Shown here: one piece after another, positions 27,232-41,152 of the stretch | How the letters are laid out: the number at the start of each line of letters is the position of its first letter | Numbering within the stretch: the stretch's first letter is position 1 | NCBI GenBank assembly: GCA_951406725.2 | Contig: OX597821.1 | Location: forward strand, 93,868,001-93,932,000 | Length of the DNA stretch: 64,000 nt | Origin: Octopus vulgaris | Taxonomy: Eukaryota | Direction: 5' to 3' | Notes under the pieces: generated by a model | The model's input: only the letters and a program-made list of their open reading frames with translations | Databases searched by the model: none | What the model was told of the DNA's origin: nothing | Program-made: the position numbers and the translations under genes

Positions 27232-27534
27232 ATGTGACTTCATTGACCGAGGTTACCGTGGTCTTTTCCGTAGGCTTTTCTTTCCACGGGTAAACCTCAC
27301 CTGTCCTCCCCTTTACACTTTATATTGACATTTCTGTGATAACGATCCCTATTGATCAATTTTTTTCCTTTCCCTTTTTTTAAAAATGTTTATCCCCCCC
27401 TTTTTTTGGTCCTCTTTCTTTCCTTTTACGATCCCTTTTGATCGAAAACCAAACCCCCTTTTTTACCCCCAAAAGAAAAGCTCTACCTTGTAATTTGTCC
27501 TGTCTGTGTGCAGCCCTGTGTGGCCAATAAAGAA
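27232..27534 (+). mobile_element. Probable LINE 3' end (L1/Tx1-like) abutting (CTAT)n
   Basis: Non-coding. Ends in TTGTCC..TCTGTG..CAGCCC..TGTGG.CAATAAAGAA, the tail shared with family B SINEs. Clade assignment is inference. Confidence 0.45.
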
Positions 27535-27539
27535 GCTTA

Positions 27540-27675
27540 TCTATTTCTCTATCTGTTTCTATTCTTTTGTCTATTCATCTCTCTGTCTATTTATTCATTT
27601 ATCTGTCTATCTATTCCTCTCTCTCTATCTGTCTGTATATCTCACTCTCTCTCTCTCTATCTATCAATCTATCCC

Positions 27676-27713
<38 letters not shown>

Positions 27714-27746
27714 CCTCTCTTTATCTATCTATCTATCAATCTATCC

Positions 27747-27778
<32 letters not shown>

Positions 27779-27960
27779 CTATCAATCTATCCCCCTCTCT
27801 CTCTCTCTATCTATCTATCTAACTATCTATCCCTCTCTTTATCTATCTATCTATCTATCAATCTATCCCTCTCTCTCTCTCTATCTATCTGTCTGTCTTT
27901 TCATTTGTCTGTCTATCCATTCATCTATCTCTCTAGCTATCAATTCATTCATTCATTCAC
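27540..27960. repeat. Compound (CTAT)n/(CT)n microsatellite
   Basis: Direct inspection. Confidence 0.95.
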
Positions 27961-28371
27961 TTATCTAGCAGCTACTACATCCTCTTTACAAACTATTCTA
28001 CTGTTTTGTTAAATAAAGAAGACAATTTATCGTGGTTCCTTCCAATTATGTTTCAATTGAAATACATGACTAATTCTTCATTCCACTCAATATAGTGTTT
28101 ACAGTAAAAACACTTCATTTACAGAATAATTCAGCTCGTATTTTCGTATTTTCCTTTTCCTGTTTCTCTTTCGGTCTTTTCCTAATTTTATTTATTCATT
28201 TATTTTTTTTTTATTTATTGAGGGCTTGGTCATCTGGTTTTGTTAATTTCCTGTTTATTAAAACCTACTTTTCTGATGGATTGGCAATACTTGGCTTTGT
28301 TTGTGCGTGTGTGTGTGCATGTGTGTATGTTTGTGTGTGTGTGTGTGTGTGTATGTGTGTGTGTGTGTGTG

Positions 28372-28413
<42 letters not shown>

Positions 28414-28940
28414 CATATATATATATATATATATATATATTTGTGCGGAATAATATATTAAAATTACAAATTAGTAATTATTCGCCAATATATATATAGT
28501 CAACAACAGTGCATGTTTACTTTCTGACTTTTGAATTCATGGTTGTTGTACATATATATGTATGCATATGCATATATGTATGTGCGTGTGTGTTGATATA
28601 TATGTATACATGTGTACTATGAATATATATGTATATGTGTATCACACACACACGTGTGTGTGTGTGTGTGTGTATGTGTACATATATATATGTGTGTGTG
28701 TGTAATGTGTCTTTGTGTTTGTGCTCCCCACTACCAATACTTGAGAACTGGTATTGGTTTGTTTCTCTCTCCATGACCTAGCAGTTCAGCCAAAGAGACC
28801 GATAGAATAAATGTCAGACTTAAAACTTATAGTATGGGGTCAATTTGCTTGGCTAAACCTTTCAAGGCAGTGCTCCAGCATGACTGCAGTGCAGTTGCCA
28901 AAACAAATAACAGATACAAAAAGGTATATATGTATGTATA

Positions 28941-29172
28941 GGCGGTGAGCTGGCAGAGACATTAGCAAGCCCGGTGAAATGCTTAGTGGTATTTCGCCTA
29001 CCGCTACGTTCTGAGTTCAAATTCCGCCGAGGTCGACTTTGCCCTTCATCCTTTCGGGGTTGATAAATTAAGTACCAGTTATGTACTGGGGTCGATGGAA
29101 TTGACTTAATCCATTTATCAGTCCTTGTTTGTCCCCTCTGTGTTTAGCCCCTTGTGGGTTTGTAAAGAAACA
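28941..29172 (+). mobile_element. SINE family B
   Basis: Colinear with consensus. Confidence 0.88.
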
Positions 29173-29867
29173 GGTATATATGTATGTATTTATTAATGCC
29201 CATTTTTTTCATGCTTATGTTGGTTGGATAGGATTTGTTGAGGCAAATTTTTCACACCCAGATGTTCTTCCTGTTACCAACCCACATTTGTTTTCAAACA
29301 GTATGATACTCCCTCATAAACAGCCATGTTTCTGTAACAGATTGGGTCTGAAGGACAGCGCTTGTATGGCACTGATATTTGTTTACAACTATCATGCAAT
29401 GTCAAGATGAGGAAGTACTCAGACAAACACATGCACACAAACACATCTACACATGTGCCAAAGAAAGGAATTGAACCCAAAACAGTGGAGTTGGAAACTA
29501 AATTTCTTTGCTAAACAGTCATATATATCATCATCATCATCATCATTTAACGTCCGTCTTCCATGCTAGCATGGGTTGGACGATTTTGACTGAGGACTGG
29601 CAACCAGATGGCTGCACCAAGCTCCAGTCTTGATCTGGATGCCCTTCTTAACGCCAACCACTCCGAGAGTGTAGTGGGTGCTTTTTACGTGCTACCTGCA
29701 CGGAATCCAGTCAGGCGGTATTGGCAATGACCTTGCTCAAATCTTTTTACATGTTCCACCGGCACAGGTGCCAGTGAAGTGATATTGGTAACGATCACGC
29801 TCAAATGGTGCCCTTTTACGTGCCACGGGTACGGAAACCAGTTGGCTTCTCTGGCAACGATCACACT

Positions 29868-29902
<35 letters not shown>

Positions 29903-30133
29903 CACTCACATATATAGTGCACATAAAACCAGAAACTTTACTGAAAATTTGCTAACTTAAAAAATAAAATATGTCCAAGTGTGGGTATGTGGTAAGAAGC
30001 TTGCTTCCCAACCATATGACTCTGGGTTCAGTCCCACTGTGTGGCACCTTGGGCAAGTGTCTTCTACTATAGTCTCAGGCCAACCAAAGCCTTGTAAGTG
30101 GATTTGGTTGACATAGACTGAAAGAAGCCTGTG

Positions 30134-30187
<54 letters not shown>

Positions 30188-30762
30188 ATGCATGTATCAA
30201 AAGGATGTGTTATAATATTATTCCACGTATACAGAAACAGCCGTACCAACAATCCAACATACCTCCATTATCAGCTGCCCCACGGATCATTATGGTTTCG
30301 ACACCTGGGCAGTACCATTCAATCTACATTCAATCCGATGGTGTCAACACCACTAAAATAAGTCTGGTTTGGGAACAAACATACCAAAGAAACCACAACT
30401 TTCAAACACATTTACCCTTTGTACAACAATATCGGTAAATAAATTCAATAAGTAAATCTATAACCAACTCCTAAATATATAACTAAGCAGCAACCAAACC
30501 TTTAAGTCATACAAAAAATATTCCCCACAGTCTTCCATAGTATAAATATAAAAGTAAAAACTTAATAACCACATTCAGTCAATCTAAATATAAGGCAGGA
30601 TTAAACTCTAACTTTAAAATTAAACTACAACAAAGAGATACATAAATCTATGTAAATCTGTATCGGTATTAATAGTAAACCTACAATAGCTAAATTATAT
30701 ACTAAATAGCGACTATATATATATATATATATATATACTAAATAGCGACCATATATATATAT

Positions 30763-30992
30763 GTGGAGGCTCAATGGCCCAGTGGTTAGGGCAGTTGACT
30801 CGCGGTTTCAATTCCCAGGGTGTGGTGGCGATCCCTGCTGTACTCTTTCGCTGCAACTTTCTCTCACTCTTTCTTCTGTTGGCCTGCTCGCTTAGCCAGT
30901 GGGGTGGCGTCATTTGAAGGCTAAGGCAATGCAAAGCGCATTGTGACCAGCGATGTGTAGCAACATCTGATAACCTGGTCGGTCACGGTGAT
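30763..30992 (+). mobile_element. tRNA-headed SINE-like element (family D) in (TA)n
   Basis: GGAGGCTCAATGGCCCAGTGGTTAGGGC A-box head and GTTTCAATTCCC B-box-like motif. Single copy in this window. Confidence 0.55.
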
Positions 30993-31044
30993 ATATATAT
31001 ATAATATAGGTTTTGTTTCTTTGTTCCTAGAATAAGAATAGAAA

Positions 31045-32600
<1,556 letters not shown>

Positions 32601-33202
32601 TAAAAAAGCAGGACAGTGGTTAAAAAAAAAAAAAAGCAACATACCCATATGCCAAACTGCACTGGAGATAACTATTACATGTGAAAGTGTGTGGCATTGC
32701 TTGGTATCTCATGAGCATTATTTCTGTGGATTGTACCAAGAATGTCCATTCGACTGTAAAGGAAGACCTAGAGATGTTATTGAAGGAATGTGGTACAAAT
32801 GAATCCAAAGATCCAGTCTTTTGTGACAATAATAATGGTTTCTGGCTACAAGGATATACATGTAGGAATGACATATAGTTGATTTAATCAAACCCAATAC
32901 TTCGTTGATATGTATTTTCTCCAACTGCAGAGGGATTCAAGGGGAAAGTTCACCCTGGTGGAATTTGAACTTGAATAGCAAGGAACATATTTAATATTAT
33001 AGTCTATCTTTTTGTTGGTACACTCAGCCTTTGGGAGTTGTGATAATAAATGTTTCTGGTTTAGGCACAAAGCTACCAATTATGAAGGGTTAATCAATTC
33101 AGTCCAGTTGGATGAAAGGTAAAATTGACCTTGGGTGGATTTGAACTCAGAATATGAAGAGCTAGAGAGAATGCTGCAATGTATTAAGATGGAAGTATTT
33201 CT

Positions 33203-33423
33203 TAACCCCTTAGTTTTTAAACCAGCCATATCTGGCCAAAATATTCTACCTGTTTTATGTTCAAACTGACCAGCTCTGACTTCTCATACTTATCTTACAA
33301 TGCCATTTTAGAAATGAAAAAAAATAACATCTCAAAGCTACAAGACAATGTATGATTAATTCAAAATGATGTGAATAAATAAGCATTACATTTGACAGAG
33401 TAATGTGAATGCTAAAGAGTTTA
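33203..33423. mobile_element. piggyBac-like MITE family 2 (older)
   Basis: TTAACCC(C/T)TTAG...GCTAAAG(G/A)GTT(A)A ends. Related copies near 8618-9232 (split by a SINE), 24369-24570, 44626-44853 and 62985-63205. Confidence 0.7.
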
Positions 33424-33443
33424 GTTATATAATTTTGGCTATT

Positions 33444-33642
33444 TACTCTTTTACTCTTTTACTTGTTTCAGTCATTTGACTGTGTCCATGCTAGAGCACT
33501 GCCTTTAGTCGAGCAAATCGACCCCGGGACTTATTCTTTTGTAAGCCCAGTACTTATTCTATCGGTCTCTTTTGCCGAACCGATAAGTGACGGGGACGTA
33601 AACACACCAGCATCAGTTGTCAAGCAATGCTAGTGGGGACAA

Positions 33643-33679
<37 letters not shown>

Positions 33680-33845
33680 CACATATATATGACAGGCTTC
33701 TTTCAGTTTCCGTCTACCAAATCCACTCTCAAGGCATTGGTCGGCCCGGGGCTATAACAGAAGACACTTGCCCAAGATGCCATGCAGTGGGACTGAACCC
33801 GGAACTATGTGGTTCGTAAGCAAGCTACTTACCACACAGCCACTC
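33444..33845 (-). mobile_element. SINE family A
   Basis: Reverse complement of consensus. Confidence 0.9.
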
Positions 33846-34944
33846 TTTATTTATTCCCTATTCTTTCAGGTTAATAAAGCCCATACTCATTAAATTATAA
33901 GATCTCCTCTTTATCAGTTCTTGATTGAAGAATATAACTGTTTCAGAAAGTTCTGACCTTATACCACTGCTGAATAGTAGTTCTAAACATCAGTGATATG
34001 ACTATAAAGTATTCACGCTTTGAGGCCCATAATGAAGCCATTTGTTCCCTGCGCCTCTCTGCTATATCTGCTTATTTTTCTGTCATTCTAGAAGACACCT
34101 CATCCTGCCAGAGTTTATTATATGAACCTCCACTCCTCTGTATGCTCTAATTATATCCCTCTACAACTACTTGGCTTGGTTAAGGATGGTCTTTCTTTTC
34201 ATTTCACTCTATTATATCTTTTTTGATCTCTTATTTAAGATCCAAATTTTTTCTCGATTTTGGTTCTTCCTTCCTATAAATATCTGTCATTTTGTTGCTG
34301 ATCTCAGAAATTGCATTTTTGTGTGTCATTCCCATAATTTTGCTCAGTTGTTATTCGTGGAGAAAAGAATTTCCTTAGTCATCAAAATTATATAATTATA
34401 ATTAGCTTTCACTTTGTCAGAATATAACTTGGTGATTATTGCATGGTTTGAACTTATAATCTTATGATCACTAATGAAGTACTTTACTTCCTCTCACAAC
34501 CACCATGCTTTCATTTCTCTCATTTGAGAATTTTTCATATATTTTTTTAACATTGATATTACAATGGTAAACTGAATATGTCTTCAAGTTTAATAGCAAT
34601 ATTGTTTATGTGTGTATTTAGTAGAGTTCACTTTGTCATATGCATTTGGGCCAAGTCTCCTGTGTGAGGCTGACTTCCTCCTATCCCTTGCATAAGCCAT
34701 ACAAGGGTCATGTGTATGTTATCTTTCATCCTCTGAATGACTTGCACAAGCCCTTTTATTGACTCATAGACAACATTCCTTTTAATTAACAGAAATTACA
34801 GGGGGTGTACATCACAGGAAAGAAAGGAAGAGCTGTTCATATTTTCAGGTTTTCAGTTAAATTACTTCCTAAAGGATTGTATAAGTTTAGGTTATTACTT
34901 TGACAATCCAAGCTCTTCAACTTGGTTGGTTAGATGTATGCATG

Positions 34945-34986
<42 letters not shown>

Positions 34987-35439
34987 AAAAAATATATATA
35001 AAAAATACAAAATGGGACAAGAACGCAAAACACTCAAAGAGACGATACAAAAAGTGGACGGGTCATTCGAAGCCTCTAATCTTCAGTCAAGAACCAGATC
35101 ATCCTCGCAATATATATATGAAGATCCACTATGCTTGGCAGTACTAAAAATAGTAATTATGGTTGCTATTTCTAATGTTTTATGCCTATCCCACCTCTTT
35201 GTCAAGGGATATGAATTCAGAATGTTGTGAGGCATAACTAAATACTTCAAAGTTAAGAATCTGATGTATTACATTGCATATATGCATGTGGTGGATGGTC
35301 GCTTTTTGGTATTTATTTCTAGCAGGTCATGTAATCATGTAGGGACATTGTGGTGAAGGTAGTGTTGTTTTTGTTAAACCCTTGGTTAGTTTCACTTGAG
35401 CAGACCTATGATCAGAGGCGTTTCAGCTGGACTCATCTA

Positions 35440-35812
35440 ATCATCATCATCGTTTAACGTCCGCTTTCCATGCTAGCATGGGTTGGATGGTTCAACTGGG
35501 GTCTGGGAAGCCAGAAGGCTGCACCAGGCCCAGTCTGATCTGGCAGTGTTTCTACGGCTGGATGCCCTTCCTAACGCCAACCACTCCGTGAGTGTGGTGG
35601 GTGCATTTTACGTGCCACCAGCAGAGGTGCCAGACGAGGCTGGCAAACGGCCACGATCGGATGGTGCTTTTTCGTGCCACCAGCACGGGGACAAGACAAG
35701 GCTGGCAAACAGCCACGATTGGATGGTGCTTTTACGTGCCACCGGCACGGAGGCCAGTCGGGCGGCGCTGGCTATGGCCACATTCGGATGGTTCTCTTAC
35801 ATGCCACCAGCA
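35440..35812 (-). mobile_element. RTE 3' fragment (family C)
   Basis: Consensus tail plus three to four modules. Confidence 0.85.
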
Positions 35813-36241
35813 TCTAATATATAACGTATTTAGGACTGCATTGCCCAGTGTGTCCTTCTTTTATCAAGATGCGAACATATGATTTAAAGAAGATCTAATG
35901 GTTGTTTCTTGCAGATTGAATGATTATGTAGAGGTACTTCATTAGTTTCTCCCTTGTTGGTTTAGTTCACTTGGCATCTTGTACGAGAATGGTTGGTTGT
36001 ACATGAGTGTATTTAAATGTAATTAAGAGAAAAAGATTAGACAGCCTCTTGATAAAAAAGGACAAGCCTATATTTTCAAACGTTCTTCTAGTGGGTGTGT
36101 GGTAAGTAGCTTGCTTACTGACCACACGGTTCTGGGTTCAGTCCCACTGCATGGAACCTTGGGCAAGTGTCTTCTACTATGGTCTCAGTCCAACCAAAGC
36201 TTTGTAAGTGGATTTGGTAGATGGAAACTGAAAGAGGCCTG

Positions 36242-36291
<50 letters not shown>

Positions 36292-36319
36292 CATATACAT
36301 ATATATATATATATATAAA

Positions 36320-36810
36320 ATATTATTAGAGACAAAACCACTATTTTGCAAAACAAACAAGGAAAGACTTAATCAATACATAAAATTTTAATAAATAGTC
36401 AAAAAAACCGCCACTACAATTGTTTCTTGTCTTGATCGACAATCTTCAGGTGGACTTCCAATCTAAAATATCAATATTTTAAAATATAAAATAATAATTT
36501 TAAAATAATTAAAGTATGAATGAAAAAATATAAATATATAATCCATATATAACCTATATATAATCCATATATAATCAATATATAAACAATATATAAACTA
36601 AAATAAACCTATCAACAATTAAATATAAAATATAAAATATAAAATATAAAATATAAAACAAAACAAAAAAATAATAATAATATAATAATAAACTATATAT
36701 ACACCCATACACATATACCTAATTATATATAACCATATCTAACTACATACACTAAATCACACACCTATAAATATATATCCCTATACATACACATAGATAT
36801 AAACATATAC
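36320..36810 (-). mobile_element. Penelope-like element terminal fragment inserted in the (TA)n tract of a SINE
   Basis: Carries the hammerhead, is flanked by (TA)n, splits the family A SINE at 36090-37040, and shares ATTAGAGACAAAACCACTATT...GAAAGACTTAA with 62150-62210. Confidence 0.65.
36411..36453 (-). ncRNA. Minimal type I hammerhead ribozyme (Penelope-like element type)
   Basis: Minus strand reads CCAC CUGAAGA UUGUC-gaucaa-GACAA GAAA C-AAUU-G UA GUGG: full catalytic core, 5-bp stem II, palindromic minimal stem III, GUA cleavage triplet, 4-bp stem I. Confidence 0.85.
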
Positions 36811-39800
36811 ACATATATATATATATATATATATTTATATATGTATATGTTTGTGTGTCTGTGTTTGTCCCCCCAACATTGTTGCTTGACAACCAATGTT
36901 GGTGTGTTTACATCCCCGTAACTTAGCAGTTCAGCAAAAGAGAATGATAGAATAAGTACTAGGCTTACAAAGAATGAATCCTGGGGTCAGTTTGTTCAAC
37001 TAAAGGTGGAGTTCCAGCATGGCTATAGTCAAACAACTGAAACAAATAAAATAAAAGAAAATATATATATATATATATACAATCGCAGCACATGATCTCA
37101 GATCAAGTCACTTGCTATGCAAGTACATCTCTATATATATATAGATACAAAATACAAGTTATCAAATGTGGTCACTCTAAGTAGCATTGCTTTTGAGTGG
37201 TCCGTATTACTTGGTGTCATATATATATATGTAGATATAATGAACTTATTGTAGTCAGTGCTACAACTCATCAGAAAAAATAACCAAGACTGCATGAGCA
37301 GTACATAGAATATGCACAGGAAGTGAACTGTGAATAAGTCTTTAAAAAAAATTGTGGATGGTGGGCATCAAGTGTATTGTTGGCAAATTTCAGGAAGCAT
37401 GGAAGTTTTGAAGGATGTAGTGTCCCGGCAGGTAACAACTGATGCAGGTATTTTATTCCATGCTTCAGCAATTCTGTTTGCAATTAAGCAAATTATTTTA
37501 TAAATGCCCTTTAGACAACAAGATTAATTTGCTTTTGGACTGGAGGGAAAAAAATCATTAGAAAAGAGAAATAATCTTCTGCAGCATTTTATGTCTGTGT
37601 TTTGGTTCTGGCTTGGGTTGGATGTTTTTTCTTAGGCAGTGTTTTATAGCCAGGTGCCCTTCCTGTCACCAGCCCTTTTAGTCCCTTATGGATACAGTGT
37701 ACCTACCTATTCGATAATTTGAGTACATATAGTTCACTAGGAACCGGTAGACTAATTCCTTGTGATTTCTTGTAATCTTTTACGTTCTGAGGTCAACTTT
37801 GTGGTTTCAATTTTATATGATGTCAGATATGTTCCAGACAAGTGTAGGTAGTCATTTGAATTGACCGTGCTCTTCCCTGTTTTTCTATCACAGTTAGTAA
37901 ACAATAAGTGTTATTGGTTACAGACTTCCAGTGGGCCAATCACTGGGTTCCTGTATTTCTGATGGTGAGAGTGAAAAAGCAAGTTATTGTAAGGTTTAAA
38001 TCTCTCAGCAATATACACTGCCAAAATATATATCTTCACTCACACACGCACACAGAGGCTTTCTGTCTGCCAAATTCTATGCATTAATCAACCTTTCCAT
38101 TGTAAAAGACAGTTGTCCAAGGTGCTATTCATTGGAGACAAACACAAAGCTACATGTCATCATGAACTGGACATTACAATCCAGTTCTCACACCACTTAT
38201 TTAGAAAATCAATAGAAAAAAACACAGAGCTCATTTCTAGCCAGGGTGTCACTATTAAGAGATATTTATTTTCTTATTCACATCACCCTAATTATAAACA
38301 GAAGGTTTTAATTCATTTTCATTTGCCAAATTCTTGTAATTTCTTATAATGAAATTTATAAAGGGATACTGTTTATGACAATTTTCATCATAAGTGATGC
38401 ACTAAGCCAAATTGTTTTCAATTAGTGGTTATTATGGTTTACTATTTAGCCATTGAAGATTACCAGGATAAAACTAGCTGTGCAAGACCTTTAGATATAG
38501 ATTTCAAATAGTAGTTCACACATATAGCTTGTTTGATATGCAGATTTGTATATGCCGTCAATACAAGTGATCAATACCAAATAGTTTATAGACAATAAAG
38601 CATGTTTCTGTGGCTACACACAGGTTCTTCATCTACTATAGATTAAACTATTTTGTGTTAGTATCAAATCTTTAAAATTCTTTCTCAAATCATCCAAACA
38701 ACTACAAGAGTCTCAACATCTAGGATTATTGTTTGTAAAACAAGGAAAAGTAAATTTGAAAAACTGAAAGTAGAGTTAGCTTAATTTGCACAAAATTTCT
38801 GACAGGAATCAAACTGAGAACACCCATGCTTTGAGTTCCAATAAAATAAGAAAAGAAAAATAAAGATGCCCTTCAGTCATGAATGACCATGGGATTACAC
38901 CTAGAAAGTTCCTCCCCGAGGCACAAGTCCAAGCAAGGTTGTTTTATGAAAGACCAGCTGTCATCCATGCATACTAGCTTTCCCTCTCCACACACCTGAT
39001 GTTATCCAAGGGAAAGGCAAAGGCTGATACAGTTTCGCACCAGTGATGTCACAACTCATTTCTACAGTTGAGTGAACTGGAACAATGTAAAATAAAGTGT
39101 CTGTATTCCAATAACTAAAAGTACAATTGAAGAGATTTTAAACATAGAAATATGGCAATGAAATTAAAACAGTGGAAAACATTTGGTGTCAGGTGAAAAA
39201 GAAAAATTTATCAGGAACTTGCCAGCCTCGTCTGGCACCTGTGCTGGTGGCACGTAAAAAGCACCCGCTACACTCACGAAGTGGTTGGCATTAGGAAGGG
39301 CATCCAGCCGTAGAATCATTGCCAGATCAGACTGGGCCTGGTGCAGCCTTCTGGGTTCCCAGACCCCAGTTGAACCGTCCAACCCATGCTAGCATGGAAA
39401 GTGGATGCTAAACGAAGATGATGATGATGATGAAACTAGATAGATCAAGAGATGCAGATACATTTATGAGTTGTGGAGGGTAGAATTCATAGACCATCAG
39501 GTAAGGACAAAAATTCAGTGTTTGGTGGTTGAGACCCCTTTATATTTTGAATTCCTGCAGAGCTTCATTTTACCTTTTATCTTTCTAACATTAATAAAGT
39601 AAGCGAACATTGCCTACTTTTCAGAGATGTACTAGTTTGGCAAATGACCTAATCTGGGGTTGTGTGTTAGAACTTAAGCAATTATATTACAGAAGAGCTA
39701 AAGGCTGTGAGCTGGCAGAATTGTTAGCATGCTGGGCAGAATGATTAGCAACATTTTGTCTGAGTTCAAATTCTGCCAAGATCAACTTTGCATTTCATCC

Positions 39801-40119
39801 TTCCAGAGTCAATAAAATAAGTACTAGTTAAGTACTGAGGATGATGTAATCGACTAGCCCACTTCCCCAAAATTTCAGGTTTTGTGCCTATAATAGAAAG
39901 GATTATGGAAGAGCCATTTTAGCTATTTAACTACATAAAACTACTGAAAAACTGCTATTTATTTTCATGTGTTTACAGAATAATAATTTGTATAGTCCTT
40001 AATATACCTTTATTCATCTTGGCTTTCATATCATGTCACTGGCTACTGAGTTATTTCTCTTGGCTTATTTTTCGTTATGTGTGTGTGTATGTAAATCTCA
40101 ATTACATGCACATACATAT

Positions 40120-40167
<48 letters not shown>

Positions 40168-40515
40168 CTAGTTGATTCTGCTATTGATGCACATCTTCAG
40201 TTAATATTTAACCTTTTCAAATATATAGTACATTCCGAAGTAAATTTCAGAGTTTTAGTATCTTCTCTATTACATTTCATCAAAAAGGAAGTCAGACTAA
40301 CTTCAAAAGTCTAACATTTCATGTGTATTTTTACCCCTCATACCCCACCCCCGCCCTTTTTTTATCCTCTCTTATTTTCTTCTCTCTTTCCATTTCTACA
40401 CATTCAACCTCAATGACTATGACTCATTTCTTCAGTTCTCTGAGAGAAACTTTTTACTGTGTTCTATAAACCTGACTTGAAATAATCACCAGCTGTTATT
40501 TCTTCCCCCTCTCCA

Positions 40516-40666
40516 CGTTTTCCTTTTTTTTTTTCTTCTCTTATTTTGGGGGTAGATTTGCTTCCTTTTCTGCTTTTTATGTTACTTTTAAATAACATTT
40601 TCTAATTTTTGTCTTCATTTCACTTCTTGTGTGTGTGTGTGTGTGTGCATGTATGTATATGTATAT

Positions 40667-40716
<50 letters not shown>

Positions 40717-41152
40717 GTATATATATAATTGTTATGCATGTGAGAAAGACAATTCTTTTATCTTTTACTTGTTTCACCCACTGGACTGCGGCCATGCTGG
40801 GGTACCGCCTTGAAGAATTTTAGTCACATGAATTGACCCCTAGTACTTACGTTTTTTCCTTTTTTTTTTTCTCTTATTTTGGGGGTAGATTTGCTTCCTT
40901 TTCTGCTTTTTATGTTACTTTTAAATAGCATTTTCTAATTTTTGTCTTCATTTCACTTCTTGTGTGTGTGTGCATGTATGTATATGTATATATATATATA
41001 TATAAAGATATATATGTATATAATTGTTATGCATGTGAGAAAGACAATTCTTTTATCTTTTACCTTTTACTCGTTTCACTCACTAGACTGCGGCCATGCT
41101 GGGGTACTGCCTTGGAGAATTTTAGTCATATGAATTGACCCCTAGTACTTAC
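40516..41152. repeat. Tandem duplication of an approximately 300-330 bp unit
   Basis: ACGTTTT(TT)CCTTTTT...GGGGGTAGATTTGCTTCC...GACCCCTAGTACTTAC occurs twice in tandem. Confidence 0.9.

Larger units (their letters stand above)
36090..37040 (+). mobile_element. SINE family A split by the Penelope-like insertion
   Basis: 5' half at 36090-36245, 3' half at 36845-37040. Confidence 0.85.

Noticed and set aside
30285-30355. GACACC/GGUGUC stem followed by GAAAC on the minus strand
   Set aside because: No CUGANGA core 5' of the stem; at best a decayed motif.
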